This document shows positions 18,950 through 27,902 of a DNA stretch of 64,000 bases, piece after piece. The translations under genes and the position numbers were made by a program. Within the stretch, counting starts at the first letter, position 1. Each line of letters starts with the position of its first letter. The notes beneath the pieces were generated by a model. That model saw nothing but the letters and a program-made list of their open reading frames with translations, did not search any database and was not told where the DNA came from. This DNA is from a virus, in IMG/VR virus record IMGVR_UViG_3300014050_000003, positions 32,001 to 96,000 of that record. The stretch is one strand, 5' to 3'.

Positions 18950-19099
18950 TTATAAAATCCTTTTATTAGAGATGTAAGTAATGTTACAGTATTTTTAACT
19001 TTTAAAAAAGAAAAAAAATAAAAGTTATCAACATTAAATATAAAACTTTAAATTAAGTGTACTGATTTAATATCTTATAAAAAATAATAACTTTTCTTT

Positions 19100-19405
19100 G
19101 ATATCCTAATAGGCTTTACCTCGCAAAGATATATTTTGCAAGGTTGTTTATAGATCTTCGCCAACTTTTCTTTTGACTCCTTTTTCTTTAGCGTTTCTTC
19201 CAAAGAATGGCTACGGCATTTATAGGAACGCGGTTGGTTATTCCTGTGCATTTTGCCGTACCTTACACCTACATTTCGTTGTAAGCTTTTTAAACAAACA
19301 ACATTTTAATGGTCGTCAGCCTATGGGACGTTGCCATCGCAAAGCTAAGATACTAGAGGATTTATTTGACTATCCACAAAACTGCTTTATTAGGAAGCTA
19401 TGTAA
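19100..19405 (-). ncRNA. Unidentified structured noncoding element (candidate ncRNA or cis-regulatory leader)
   Basis: GC-richer than flanks; closing helix 19104-19111/19388-19395 enclosing several hairpins; sigma70 promoter at 19412-19440 points into it. Confidence 0.55.
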
Positions 19406-19411
19406 TGATAT

Positions 19412-19440
19412 ATAATATATTTTTATTATTGATTTGTCAA
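19412..19440 (-). promoter_or_regulatory. Sigma70-type promoter reading into the structured element and toward nrdA
   Basis: TTGACA-N17-TATTAT. Confidence 0.65.
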
Positions 19441-19447
19441 ATAAAAA

Positions 19448-19453
19448 GTGTAA
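19448..19453 (+). promoter_or_regulatory. GTGTAA motif
   Basis: 14 nt upstream of ATG at 19468. Confidence 0.5.
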
Positions 19454-19467
19454 TTTTATACAATAAT

Positions 19468-20457
19468 ATGGAAATTGATTTTACAAGCGATATTCAAGCA
19501 GCAAAAAAAGGTAAAGCACCTTTAAATAAACCTTTTAGATTACCTTCTGGAAGTAAAAAGAAATTTGGTGTTTATGTAAAAAACGATAAAGGTAATACTG
19601 TAATGGTAAAATTTGGTGATCCAAATATGTCTATTAAAAGAGATAATCCAGCTAGACGTAAAGCTTATAGAGCAAGACATGGTTGCAGTAATCCAGGTCC
19701 AAAATGGAAAGCTAATTACTGGAGTTGCAAAATGTGGAGTAAAAAACCAGTTAGTAAAATTACTGGAAGTGAAGAAGAAATTACTTTAGAAGCAGATATT
19801 CAAGCTAAAAATAAAGGTCTTTGGTATAATATTCAACAAAAGAAAAAAAGAATGGGTAAAAATTATCGTCCAGCAAAACCAGGATCACCAGATCGTCCAA
19901 CACAAGAAGCTCTTAAAAAAGCTCAAGCTGAAGAATACGAATGGGATGGTGAAACAGAATTTGATCAAGCCGAACTTTTAAAACTTGATCCATCTCTTGC
20001 TCAAGTTCCAGAAATGCCAGAATCTCCAGAAGAAGAACTACAAGAATATAAAGATGATTTTTATGGTATGATTGTTGGCTCTATTAATTCTATACAAGTT
20101 CATGCTCAAAATATTTTAAATAAATTAGAAGATCCAATCGTAAAAGAAAATCTTACAGAACCATTCCTACAACAAATGGCAGCTCTTGCTGAAGATTATA
20201 TGATTACGATTCATAATTTTGTAATGTTTAATAAAGAAGATGAAAGTATAGCTTCAACAATGTTTAAAGTTGGAGATAAAGTTCAAAACATTAATCCAGC
20301 TTGCATGCATTATGGTAGCGAAGGAATTGTAAAAGAAATTAGAGAACTTCCAGAAAATATGGGATATGCAGTAATTTATGAATGCACAAATAATGGTCCA
20401 ACTTGGAAAATGGGCGATGTGATTGGCAAAACTGAAATTCAATTAAGAAAAATATAA
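19468..20457 (+). CDS. Modular phage protein: basic RARH-C/YWSC module (DUF6321-like), GLWxNI module, acidic helical region, KOW/SH3-like C-terminus
   Basis: VKFGDPNMSIKRDNPARRKAYRARHGC...ANYWSCKMW; GLWYNIQQKKKR; FKVGDKV; start refined to MEIDFT. Confidence 0.7.
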   Translation: MEIDFTSDIQAAKKGKAPLNKPFRLPSGSKKKFGVYVKNDKGNTVMVKFGDPNMSIKRDNPARRKAYRARHGCSNPGPKWKANYWSCKMWSKKPVSKITGSEEEITLEADIQAKNKGLWYNIQQKKKRMGKNYRPAKPGSPDRPTQEALKKAQAEEYEWDGETEFDQAELLKLDPSLAQVPEMPESPEEELQEYKDDFYGMIVGSINSIQVHAQNILNKLEDPIVKENLTEPFLQQMAALAEDYMITIHNFVMFNKEDESIASTMFKVGDKVQNINPACMHYGSEGIVKEIRELPENMGYAVIYECTNNGPTWKMGDVIGKTEIQLRKI

Positions 20458-20461
20458 TTTT

Positions 20462-20842
20462 ATGGCAAATGAAGGGCTTATCTTTCCAAAACTTAATGAA
20501 AGACAAAAAGATCTTTATCTTAAAATAATTACTAATTTACAAACTTATGGTTATTTTGATAGAGGGATTGGATCAAATGGAATTCAATATTTAAGTGCAG
20601 AACAAAATCCTTTTAAAAAACAAAATCTTGAATGTGAATATTGCGTATTCTATTATTTAGAAGGCGATAAACCAAGATGTGAATTGATTCAAGGAGATAT
20701 AGATAACGAAGGATGGTGCAAATTTTGGATAATTTCTGATGAAGATATCAAAAAAGAATCTCAAGCAGCTTTTAAAGTTTTAAATAAAAAGAATAAAATT
20801 ATTGAAATTACATACAGATTGGATGATAAACAAACTAAATAA
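20462..20842 (+). CDS. HiPIP-like 4-Cys iron-sulfur domain protein
   Basis: CEYCVFY...CELIQGDIDNEGWCKFW. Confidence 0.6.
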   Translation: MANEGLIFPKLNERQKDLYLKIITNLQTYGYFDRGIGSNGIQYLSAEQNPFKKQNLECEYCVFYYLEGDKPRCELIQGDIDNEGWCKFWIISDEDIKKESQAAFKVLNKKNKIIEITYRLDDKQTK

Positions 20843-21353
20843 ATTTTGGAATTGGAAATCGAAAACATTATTAGTTGGGCTCGTATTAATCGTATCTTGG
20901 ATCGCTTGTTTAAAAATTGGTTTTGAACTTAAAAAATATAGCAATATAACAAATCTTCCAAATTCCTGTTTTGTAGATGCAATGATTTATGCTTCTCAAT
21001 GCAATCTTCTTTTAACTACAAATACTGAAATATGGAATAGTGTTTATGGTTTTACTTTTCATTATAAGGATGATAAAGAAAATATGCTTGGTCATGCTAT
21101 CTGTGTTTTTGAGTATAAGAATAATTTATGGGTATATGATCCTAATTGGGGTACATCGCCAATATGTCAAACTGGAGATAAAAAACAATATAGAGAAAAA
21201 ATAAGATTGTATATTAATGAACATTACCCTATAATAGTAATAGAGGATTTTATGCTAAATGATTGGACATATGTTCAAAAAATAAAGAAAAATAAAATGA
21301 ACAAATCTTATCAAGAGGTGTCTATACATTTAGATGAATACAAAAAGGAGTAA
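20823..21353 (+). CDS. Membrane-anchored protein with possible Cys-His-Asp (transglutaminase/papain-like) triad
   Basis: N-terminal TM; NSCFVDA, GHAIC, YDPN. Confidence 0.5.
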   Translation: MINKLNKFWNWKSKTLLVGLVLIVSWIACLKIGFELKKYSNITNLPNSCFVDAMIYASQCNLLLTTNTEIWNSVYGFTFHYKDDKENMLGHAICVFEYKNNLWVYDPNWGTSPICQTGDKKQYREKIRLYINEHYPIIVIEDFMLNDWTYVQKIKKNKMNKSYQEVSIHLDEYKKE

Positions 21354-21359
21354 GGAATT

Positions 21360-23294
21360 ATGAAAATAAACCTATTAAAAAGGTTATTAAAAAATACAAC
21401 CGCAAGTTTAGTTGCGGTTTTTTTATGCTCAAATGCCAAAGCTGCAACATTATATTGGGATACTAATGGTACAACTTCTGGAGTTGGTGGTACTGGAAAT
21501 TGGACCACTACAGGAACAACATGGTCTACAGATCCTAATGGAACAACTACAACCGTATCTGGAGGGTGGACAAGTGCGGGAACAGGACCAACTAATATAG
21601 CCGTATTCCAAGGAACAGCTGGTCAAGTTACTTTAAGTAGCAGTACTGTATACGCAAATAATGTTCAAGTAAATTCTTCTGGTTATACTTTTTGGAATAG
21701 CGGAACAACATCTTCTCAAAATAGATATATCAGAAGCACAAATGGTATTACTTTGGGTGCAGGAGTAAATTTAAACTGGGGATCAGCTGGTGCAGTTTTG
21801 GGACTAACTGGTCCTATAAATGGTGGGACAGGTTCACTATTAACTATTGTTGGTAGTACGGATGCTTCTACTGGTGTTAATTCAAAAATTGGGCTTTCTT
21901 CTAACGCTATAGCAACAGTTATCAATGTACCTATGACTGTAGCTACTACAGGTACAGGATATGCAGTAGTATCTGTAACTGATTCTTCTACTACAAATAG
22001 AATTAACGGAAATATTACCATTAATAATGGATCAAGACTTATTCTTGGCACAGGATCATCTACTAGCAGAGCATTAATTGTTTCTGGTGATATTACATCA
22101 TCTGCAGATGGCGCACTATCTATTAATGAGAGTGGTAATACTGGTCTTGTAGAATTAAGAGGAAGCAATACTATAACTGGAGATATTAATGTATATGGCC
22201 AATTAGGATATGCTAATAAAAATGCATTTGGTACAGCGAGATTAATTCTTAACCAAGGTGCAACTTTAGGTCAAAGCCAAACTATTGGTGATAATAGTGA
22301 TGCAGCAAGAATGATTAATAATAATATTCTACTAAATGGAGATGTTACTATTGGCGGATTAAGTTGGGCAAATATTCTTGGTGGTAATATAGATTTAAAT
22401 AATGCTACTAGATCTATTAAAGTAGACAACTCTACTACTATTTATGGAGGATTTGTTAATAGCACTACAGGTTTAATATTTACAAATAGTTCAAGTTCTG
22501 TAGGAGGTAGAACAATGGCATTTAATGGCGCTAGTGCATATTCTGGTAATACATATTTTAATTCTAGTGGAACAGGTTGGAATATTAGCGTTAATAATAC
22601 TAATGGATCTGCTTTTGGAACTGGAAATGTTTATGTATATAAAGGAACTTCTCTAAGCGCAAATAATACAGGCACAACATTAAATGGAAATGGAATTATT
22701 GCTGGAACAATTGGTGGAGATGCTATTGTAAGTCCAGGAAATAGTCCAGGATTATTAACTGTAGGAGCAGTAGATCCAAGTGGAGGAATGAGCTTTGCAT
22801 TTGAAATTACTAGTAATTTATTACATAATGGTACATCATATAATAATGATGTATTGAAAATAACAAATAGTCAACCATTTACTGTAGCATTAACATCTGC
22901 AAATGTTGTTAATCTATATCTAAATTCAAATGCATATAATTTAATGTATAATAATTTACTCAATAGTTTAAATTCTACATTTCAAGCTGGATTTTTTAAT
23001 GCTAATGATTTTAATACTGATATAGCAAATGCAACTTATAATATGTATTTTCAAAGTGGCTTTGGAACATTAACATTCAATGGTTTAACATACGAAACAT
23101 ATAATGAGTTTTTAACAAGAACAGGCTCTCAAGACGTTTCTTATTCTATAAATACAAGTCAAACTACATTGACTGACTCTACTCTTGGATATATTTCAAC
23201 TGTTAATATAATACCAGAACCTTCTCCGTTTAGTCTTTTAGCATTTGGTTCCGCAGCTTTATTAGTAGCTAGGAGATTGAGAAGAAATGGATAA
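21360..23294 (+). CDS. PEP-CTERM surface protein with autotransporter-associated beta-strand repeats
   Basis: Signal peptide ending AKA-A; LYWDTNGTTSGVGGTGNW; VSPGNSPGLLT; C-terminal IPEPS + TM + RRLRR; AAGGAG RBS. Confidence 0.88.
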   Translation: MKINLLKRLLKNTTASLVAVFLCSNAKAATLYWDTNGTTSGVGGTGNWTTTGTTWSTDPNGTTTTVSGGWTSAGTGPTNIAVFQGTAGQVTLSSSTVYANNVQVNSSGYTFWNSGTTSSQNRYIRSTNGITLGAGVNLNWGSAGAVLGLTGPINGGTGSLLTIVGSTDASTGVNSKIGLSSNAIATVINVPMTVATTGTGYAVVSVTDSSTTNRINGNITINNGSRLILGTGSSTSRALIVSGDITSSADGALSINESGNTGLVELRGSNTITGDINVYGQLGYANKNAFGTARLILNQGATLGQSQTIGDNSDAARMINNNILLNGDVTIGGLSWANILGGNIDLNNATRSIKVDNSTTIYGGFVNSTTGLIFTNSSSSVGGRTMAFNGASAYSGNTYFNSSGTGWNISVNNTNGSAFGTGNVYVYKGTSLSANNTGTTLNGNGIIAGTIGGDAIVSPGNSPGLLTVGAVDPSGGMSFAFEITSNLLHNGTSYNNDVLKITNSQPFTVALTSANVVNLYLNSNAYNLMYNNLLNSLNSTFQAGFFNANDFNTDIANATYNMYFQSGFGTLTFNGLTYETYNEFLTRTGSQDVSYSINTSQTTLTDSTLGYISTVNIIPEPSPFSLLAFGSAALLVARRLRRNG

Positions 23295-23526
23295 TAGATT
23301 GAAAACTTTATTAAAAGAAAATTATTATACTCCGACTTCAGAACAAACAGAAAAATTTATAAATAATTTTCATCAATATAGAGCTAAAAAGAAAGCTGAA
23401 GAAAAAACATATTATTCTTTAGGATTAATAATTTTATTAATTATTACTTTATTAGGATCAATCGCTATAAAAGAAACAACAAATAAATTAGATATTCAAA
23501 CTTCTGCAGGAGAAGTTAAAAAATGA
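23287..23526 (+). CDS. Small single-TM protein (anti-sigma-like layout)
   Basis: Cytoplasmic helix, TM, LDIQTSAG; overlaps the PEP-CTERM stop. Confidence 0.55.
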   Translation: MDNRLKTLLKENYYTPTSEQTEKFINNFHQYRAKKKAEEKTYYSLGLIILLIITLLGSIAIKETTNKLDIQTSAGEVKK

Positions 23527-23855
23527 AAAAGATATTATTAATTATATTAGCAGCAATAGCTTTAACTACTTATTGTTATACAGAAAATCAAATTAAGGTA
23601 AGTATTAAAAGAAATAATAAGGGCGAAATTTTATTAAATATAACTGGGCATACTTCTCCAATTATTATAGAAATGGATGGAAAATTTACTACATTTAATG
23701 TTGGGGATAAAGAATTAAATCTTGATGAGGCTATAAGCGTTGAAGTTCCATCGCTTGATACATCAAGTGGAGTTGAAAAATCTAATACTGATGCTCAATC
23801 TCCTGTACCACCAGTTAATATGAATGCTTATCCAGAAGCGGCTACTCCATTTTAA
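23523..23855 (+). CDS. Secreted hypothetical protein
   Basis: Signal peptide MKKILLIILAAIAL; LDTSSG; ATGA overlap. Confidence 0.6.
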   Translation: MKKILLIILAAIALTTYCYTENQIKVSIKRNNKGEILLNITGHTSPIIIEMDGKFTTFNVGDKELNLDEAISVEVPSLDTSSGVEKSNTDAQSPVPPVNMNAYPEAATPF

Positions 23856-23859
23856 TATG

Positions 23860-23865
23860 GTGTAA
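23860..23865 (+). promoter_or_regulatory. GTGTAA motif
   Basis: 10 nt upstream of ATG at 23876. Confidence 0.5.
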
Positions 23866-23875
23866 GCTTTATGTT

Positions 23876-24142
23876 ATGTTATCTAAGATTAAAAATTGGT
23901 GGAAAGATTTAAAATATTACGATAAAGTTTTCTTTATTACATTTATTCCAGCTATGCTTTTTACTCTTTGGGGTATGAGCGATCTTTATATTAATTATTT
24001 TGATGAATTAACAAAGCAAGATCATATGCAGTTTTTTTTAAGAATATTTTTTCCTATATCATTAGCGACTTTAATAACAGTATTAGAACGCAATAAAAGA
24101 CAAAAGTTAATAAAAGATATTAAAAACTATCTCAGCGAATAG
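23876..24142 (+). CDS. Two-TM membrane protein
   Basis: Two hydrophobic helices; basic C-terminus. Confidence 0.65.
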   Translation: MLSKIKNWWKDLKYYDKVFFITFIPAMLFTLWGMSDLYINYFDELTKQDHMQFFLRIFFPISLATLITVLERNKRQKLIKDIKNYLSE

Positions 24143-24147
24143 TGTAA
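24142..24147 (+). promoter_or_regulatory. GTGTAA motif
   Basis: 9 nt upstream of ATG at 24157. Confidence 0.55.
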
Positions 24148-24156
24148 TTTGATTAT

Positions 24157-24870
24157 ATGAGTTTAATTATAAATTCAACTTTCATAGTTAAAAAATCTAA
24201 AATTAAAAATGGTTTAACTCAACAAACTGCTGGTGATAGCGCTTATCAAATCAAAACAGATTTTCCAAGCAGCGCAGATGGTCTTTATTGGATTAAAAAT
24301 AATAATATAAATGGAGCAAACCCATTTCAAATTTATGCTGATATGACAACTGATGGTGGAGGATGGACATTAATAATGTTAAATAATTATAGTTCTGGAT
24401 GGACTTATGAAAATACAATTTTAAGAAATGAATCTAATCCACCAGCTTCTCCAGATGATAGACCAAGACAAGGCGAAGGATCAGATGGTTCAGATAATTA
24501 TAGTATAATAAGTTATGCAGATTATATTAAAAAATCTTCTAGCGGATTTCAATATATGATTGATGCATATCAAAGAGGACATTGGGGAGGAATTTGGACA
24601 GCAAATGATAATTATAGTTTCATAGCAACAAATAATACTCAAACAAATATAACTTTAAATACAAAATTTGACAATTGGGAGTATTCTCAAGGCGGAGGCA
24701 TCGATCAAAGAATGCCTTGGTATGTAAATTCTCAAGCTTTTATTACTACAGATGACGAGGGGCATACATATTGGTGGGGAACACTAATACCTGCAGGAGG
24801 ATGGTCTCCAACCCCATGGATTGAAAATTTAATGCCACATCCTGGAATTATTTGGTATTGGGTTAGATAA
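24157..24870 (+). CDS. Fibrinogen-related/intelectin-like domain protein
   Basis: ADGLYWI, QIYADMTTDGGGWTLI; Trp-rich, ends WYWVR. Confidence 0.72.
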   Translation: MSLIINSTFIVKKSKIKNGLTQQTAGDSAYQIKTDFPSSADGLYWIKNNNINGANPFQIYADMTTDGGGWTLIMLNNYSSGWTYENTILRNESNPPASPDDRPRQGEGSDGSDNYSIISYADYIKKSSSGFQYMIDAYQRGHWGGIWTANDNYSFIATNNTQTNITLNTKFDNWEYSQGGGIDQRMPWYVNSQAFITTDDEGHTYWWGTLIPAGGWSPTPWIENLMPHPGIIWYWVR

Positions 24871-24872
24871 TT

Positions 24873-24947
24873 TTATTTTAATCTTTCAATAAGATAAAAT
24901 ACATATATAAAAACAGCAAAACAAATTAATATAGAAGAAAAGGTCAT
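24873..24947 (-). CDS. 24-aa hydrophobic peptide (not in ORF track)
   Basis: MTFSSILICFAVFIYVFYLIERLK*; GTGTAA at 24957-24962, 9 nt upstream. Confidence 0.5.
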   Translation of the reverse strand: MTFSSILICFAVFIYVFYLIERLK

Positions 24948-25000
24948 TTGAAAGTATTACACTTTTAATATTATTTAATTTTTTTATTAAATAAAAATAA

Positions 25001-25006
25001 GTGTAA
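25001..25006 (+). promoter_or_regulatory. GTGTAA motif
   Basis: 12 nt upstream of ATG at 25019. Confidence 0.5.
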
Positions 25007-25018
25007 TAATATAATAAT

Positions 25019-27850
25019 ATGTCATTAGAATTAACGACAGCGACAGATCAGCAGTTATCAGGAATAAGGCAAACTCTAAAAACGGTAAGTTTAATTGGAG
25101 ACGAGAGCATTAGTGGAGTTAAAATTTTTGAAGGTGATGGCGTAAGTGATGGCGATCCGATTAAATCAAAAATATTAATAAATCCTATTGGATTATATAA
25201 TTTTGATTTTCCTACAACATATAATGTACCAACAATTAGTGGTTATCCATTATTAGATTTAAGAGGAGGATATGGGAATAGTAATGCTTATATACAAATA
25301 TTTGATGGAGTAATATATGCTTATTCTCCAGATTATTTAAAAATAGAAGGCGCACCAGTCGCAATAAATGATCAAAGTATATATGGAGTAGGAATAGGAA
25401 CAGATAATCCAAGTGAAAAATTACATGTAGTTGGTAATATAAAAGCTTCTAATAATATTTATGCTAATAATTTAGTTTATATTACTGGAAATCAAACAAT
25501 AGATGGTCAAAAAACTTTTAATTCTTTAATATATTTTTCTGGCGGAGCAAATATTAATATGCTTAGCGGAGCAGATGGGCGCGGAGGTTCAATTGATCTT
25601 TCAAATAATAATGCAGCAAATTTTTCAATTCAAACAGGAAATTTACCAACCCAAAACGATGGTTCAATTTATAATAAAATAAATGACTCATTATATCTTA
25701 GAAAAAATTCAGTTTGGGAAAAAGTAATAACAAATAAAGATAATCCTATTTATGCTACTGGGGATCAAAATATTAGTGGTTTAAAAACTTTTAATTCTGA
25801 ATTTTTTACATCAATGTGGGATGATGATGAAGTTATCTTATCAAATCCAGCTGTTCAAATTAAAAATAGTTTAAAAATAGCATCATATGATACTAGTAAT
25901 TATTTTGATCAACCAAAAATAATTTTGAGTGATGCTGGACTACTAAAATCTACTGGCCCTAAAGCAGGTTTAGAATATAGATCAATAACTCTTGGAGTAA
26001 ACATAATAGATGATTTAAATGGTGCAGATATTAGAAAAATATATTCTGGACAAAATGCTCCAATAGTAAGTCTAAATGCTGGTCCAGCAAGTTACTCTGC
26101 AAGAGATGGAATTTTAATATCAAATAATAAAAGTGCAACCTTTAACAATCAAAATGATTATATTTTATTTATTGATACTGATACGGGATCTAATACATAT
26201 GGTGGAGTTAAAATAGGAGGACTAGATAATTCTAATATTAGAAAAAATGTAACAAATCCAATAGCTCCTGGTTTTCTATTAGATGTAAACGGAAATATTA
26301 AAGCAAATAATTTAATTTATAATACTGGCGATCAAACTATAAGTGGAGTTAAAACTTTTAATAGCGGATTAAGTACAACATATATTTCTGGAGTATCAGG
26401 AAGTAGTTTAAATATATTAGGATGCTCTGATTCAATATCAGCACAAACTTTACGCAATATAAATATAACAGCGGGTTCAGGAACATCTACGATAGATGCA
26501 GGAGATATAATTTTAATAGGTGGCAATTTAAGTGGATTTGCGCCAAGTATATTAAAAACTGGCGCAAGTATTACTATTGGCGGCGCAAAGACTTCTTCAT
26601 ATACTGCAGATATAACTATAAAACCTTCAATTGATCAGAATGGGGCTGCTGGAAATATTGTTATTCAAGCAGGAGCAACTCCAACTTACAATGGTAAAAT
26701 TAATATGTTTGGTGATATAAATATTAATGGCACAAATGATATGGGGTCACCATTATCATCAAAAAATATAAACATATACAGAAGAGGCGATCTTCTTGGC
26801 TTTCCATCTCAAAGACTTGCTATTTCAATAGATAATAATAATGTTAATTTTCAAAATGAAATGGGACTACAAGTAAGTGGCGTACAAGTAACTCCAAGTC
26901 TTTATGTTCGTACAATTGGAGATCAAAGTATTAGTGGAGCAAAAACATTCTTTTCTGGATTAAATATAGCCAATGGCACTTTAAATTTAAATAATTCATA
27001 TTTATCTGGCGAAAATATTAAACCATCTACTGGAATATCTTTATACAATAGATCAACGACAGCAAGAAATATTTTAACTCAAGTAGATAGTGAAGGAAGA
27101 AGTTTGGCTTTCCAGCCTAATTTAGCAACAAATAGAATAATTAATTTCCAATCAAGATCTAATTCTACTTCAAGTACAAATGCGGGTTTTGGTATCAATT
27201 TAGCTACAAGCGGCATATTAGCTCGACCAGTTTATATGAAAGTCGGAGATGTATTAGGATCATTACCAAGGATTGGGTTTCAACACACGGGAGGATTAAA
27301 TGAAGCAGGAGTTACCAATAATGTTGATCAAAATATTTTTAGAGGCACAGGAGGACTTGGTGGATTTTTCTTTCAAGCAAGATTTGGAATAAGTGAAAAT
27401 AATATAAGTACAAGTGGTCGAGGATTTTTTGGATTATGGGATAAACAAACCGTACTTGTAACAAATTCTACATTTGATCCATATTCCTCTAATCGTCAAA
27501 ATCTTATTGGAGTAGGATTTAATAGCGGAGACTCAAATTTAAGTTTTATTCATTCAGATTCTACTTCTCCAGGTACAGATAATGTTAATAGAAAAAAAAT
27601 ATCATTAGGATCAAATTTCCCAATTAGAAGTGGAAATGTATATGAATTAAGTATATATGGATTGCCAGATAAATCTTATGTAGATATGAATATTTCTATA
27701 TTAAGAAGCGGAATATCAACAGGATACAGAGCAACCACAGCTCTTCCTGCCGCAGATTATGCATTAGCTCCAAATTTTTCAGTAAATGGACCAATTGCAT
27801 CAGGAAATATTGCTTTTGATTTATCTAATTTTTATATAGACACTCAATAA
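25019..27850 (+). CDS. Tail fibre-like protein
   Basis: Five (T/I)G(D/N)xxIxGxKxF repeats; VGIGTDNPSEKLHVVGNI; Gly/Ser/Asn-rich. Confidence 0.72.
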   Translation: MSLELTTATDQQLSGIRQTLKTVSLIGDESISGVKIFEGDGVSDGDPIKSKILINPIGLYNFDFPTTYNVPTISGYPLLDLRGGYGNSNAYIQIFDGVIYAYSPDYLKIEGAPVAINDQSIYGVGIGTDNPSEKLHVVGNIKASNNIYANNLVYITGNQTIDGQKTFNSLIYFSGGANINMLSGADGRGGSIDLSNNNAANFSIQTGNLPTQNDGSIYNKINDSLYLRKNSVWEKVITNKDNPIYATGDQNISGLKTFNSEFFTSMWDDDEVILSNPAVQIKNSLKIASYDTSNYFDQPKIILSDAGLLKSTGPKAGLEYRSITLGVNIIDDLNGADIRKIYSGQNAPIVSLNAGPASYSARDGILISNNKSATFNNQNDYILFIDTDTGSNTYGGVKIGGLDNSNIRKNVTNPIAPGFLLDVNGNIKANNLIYNTGDQTISGVKTFNSGLSTTYISGVSGSSLNILGCSDSISAQTLRNINITAGSGTSTIDAGDIILIGGNLSGFAPSILKTGASITIGGAKTSSYTADITIKPSIDQNGAAGNIVIQAGATPTYNGKINMFGDININGTNDMGSPLSSKNINIYRRGDLLGFPSQRLAISIDNNNVNFQNEMGLQVSGVQVTPSLYVRTIGDQSISGAKTFFSGLNIANGTLNLNNSYLSGENIKPSTGISLYNRSTTARNILTQVDSEGRSLAFQPNLATNRIINFQSRSNSTSSTNAGFGINLATSGILARPVYMKVGDVLGSLPRIGFQHTGGLNEAGVTNNVDQNIFRGTGGLGGFFFQARFGISENNISTSGRGFFGLWDKQTVLVTNSTFDPYSSNRQNLIGVGFNSGDSNLSFIHSDSTSPGTDNVNRKKISLGSNFPIRSGNVYELSIYGLPDKSYVDMNISILRSGISTGYRATTALPAADYALAPNFSVNGPIASGNIAFDLSNFYIDTQ

Positions 27851-27863
27851 TTTTTAAATTAAT

Positions 27864-27896
27864 TCTTAGCGCCAAGGATTGAACTTGACGCTAAGA
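27864..27896. terminator. Stem-loop between convergent genes, probable terminator
   Basis: TCTTAGCG-CCAAG...CTTGA-CGCTAAGA inverted repeat. Confidence 0.55.
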
Positions 27897-27902
27897 TTAC
27901 TA

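Noticed and set aside
19100-19405. RNase P RNA or cobalamin riboswitch
   Set aside because: The plus strand has a loose likeness to the RNase P 3' end (TGACTATCCACAAAAC...CTTTAT) but no GAGGAAAGTCC P4 strand or P2 partner; no B12-box/AGGGAA core is visible
19173-19467. ORF 19173-19415 and the N-terminal extension of the 19366 ORF
   Set aside because: TTG starts, atypical composition, and overlap with the structured element and promoters; the ATG at 19468 fits the GTGTAA motif
27864-27896. CIRCE element near hsp20
   Set aside because: TTAGC...GCTAA arms have the wrong spacing and inner sequence and lie downstream of the gene; a terminator fits better
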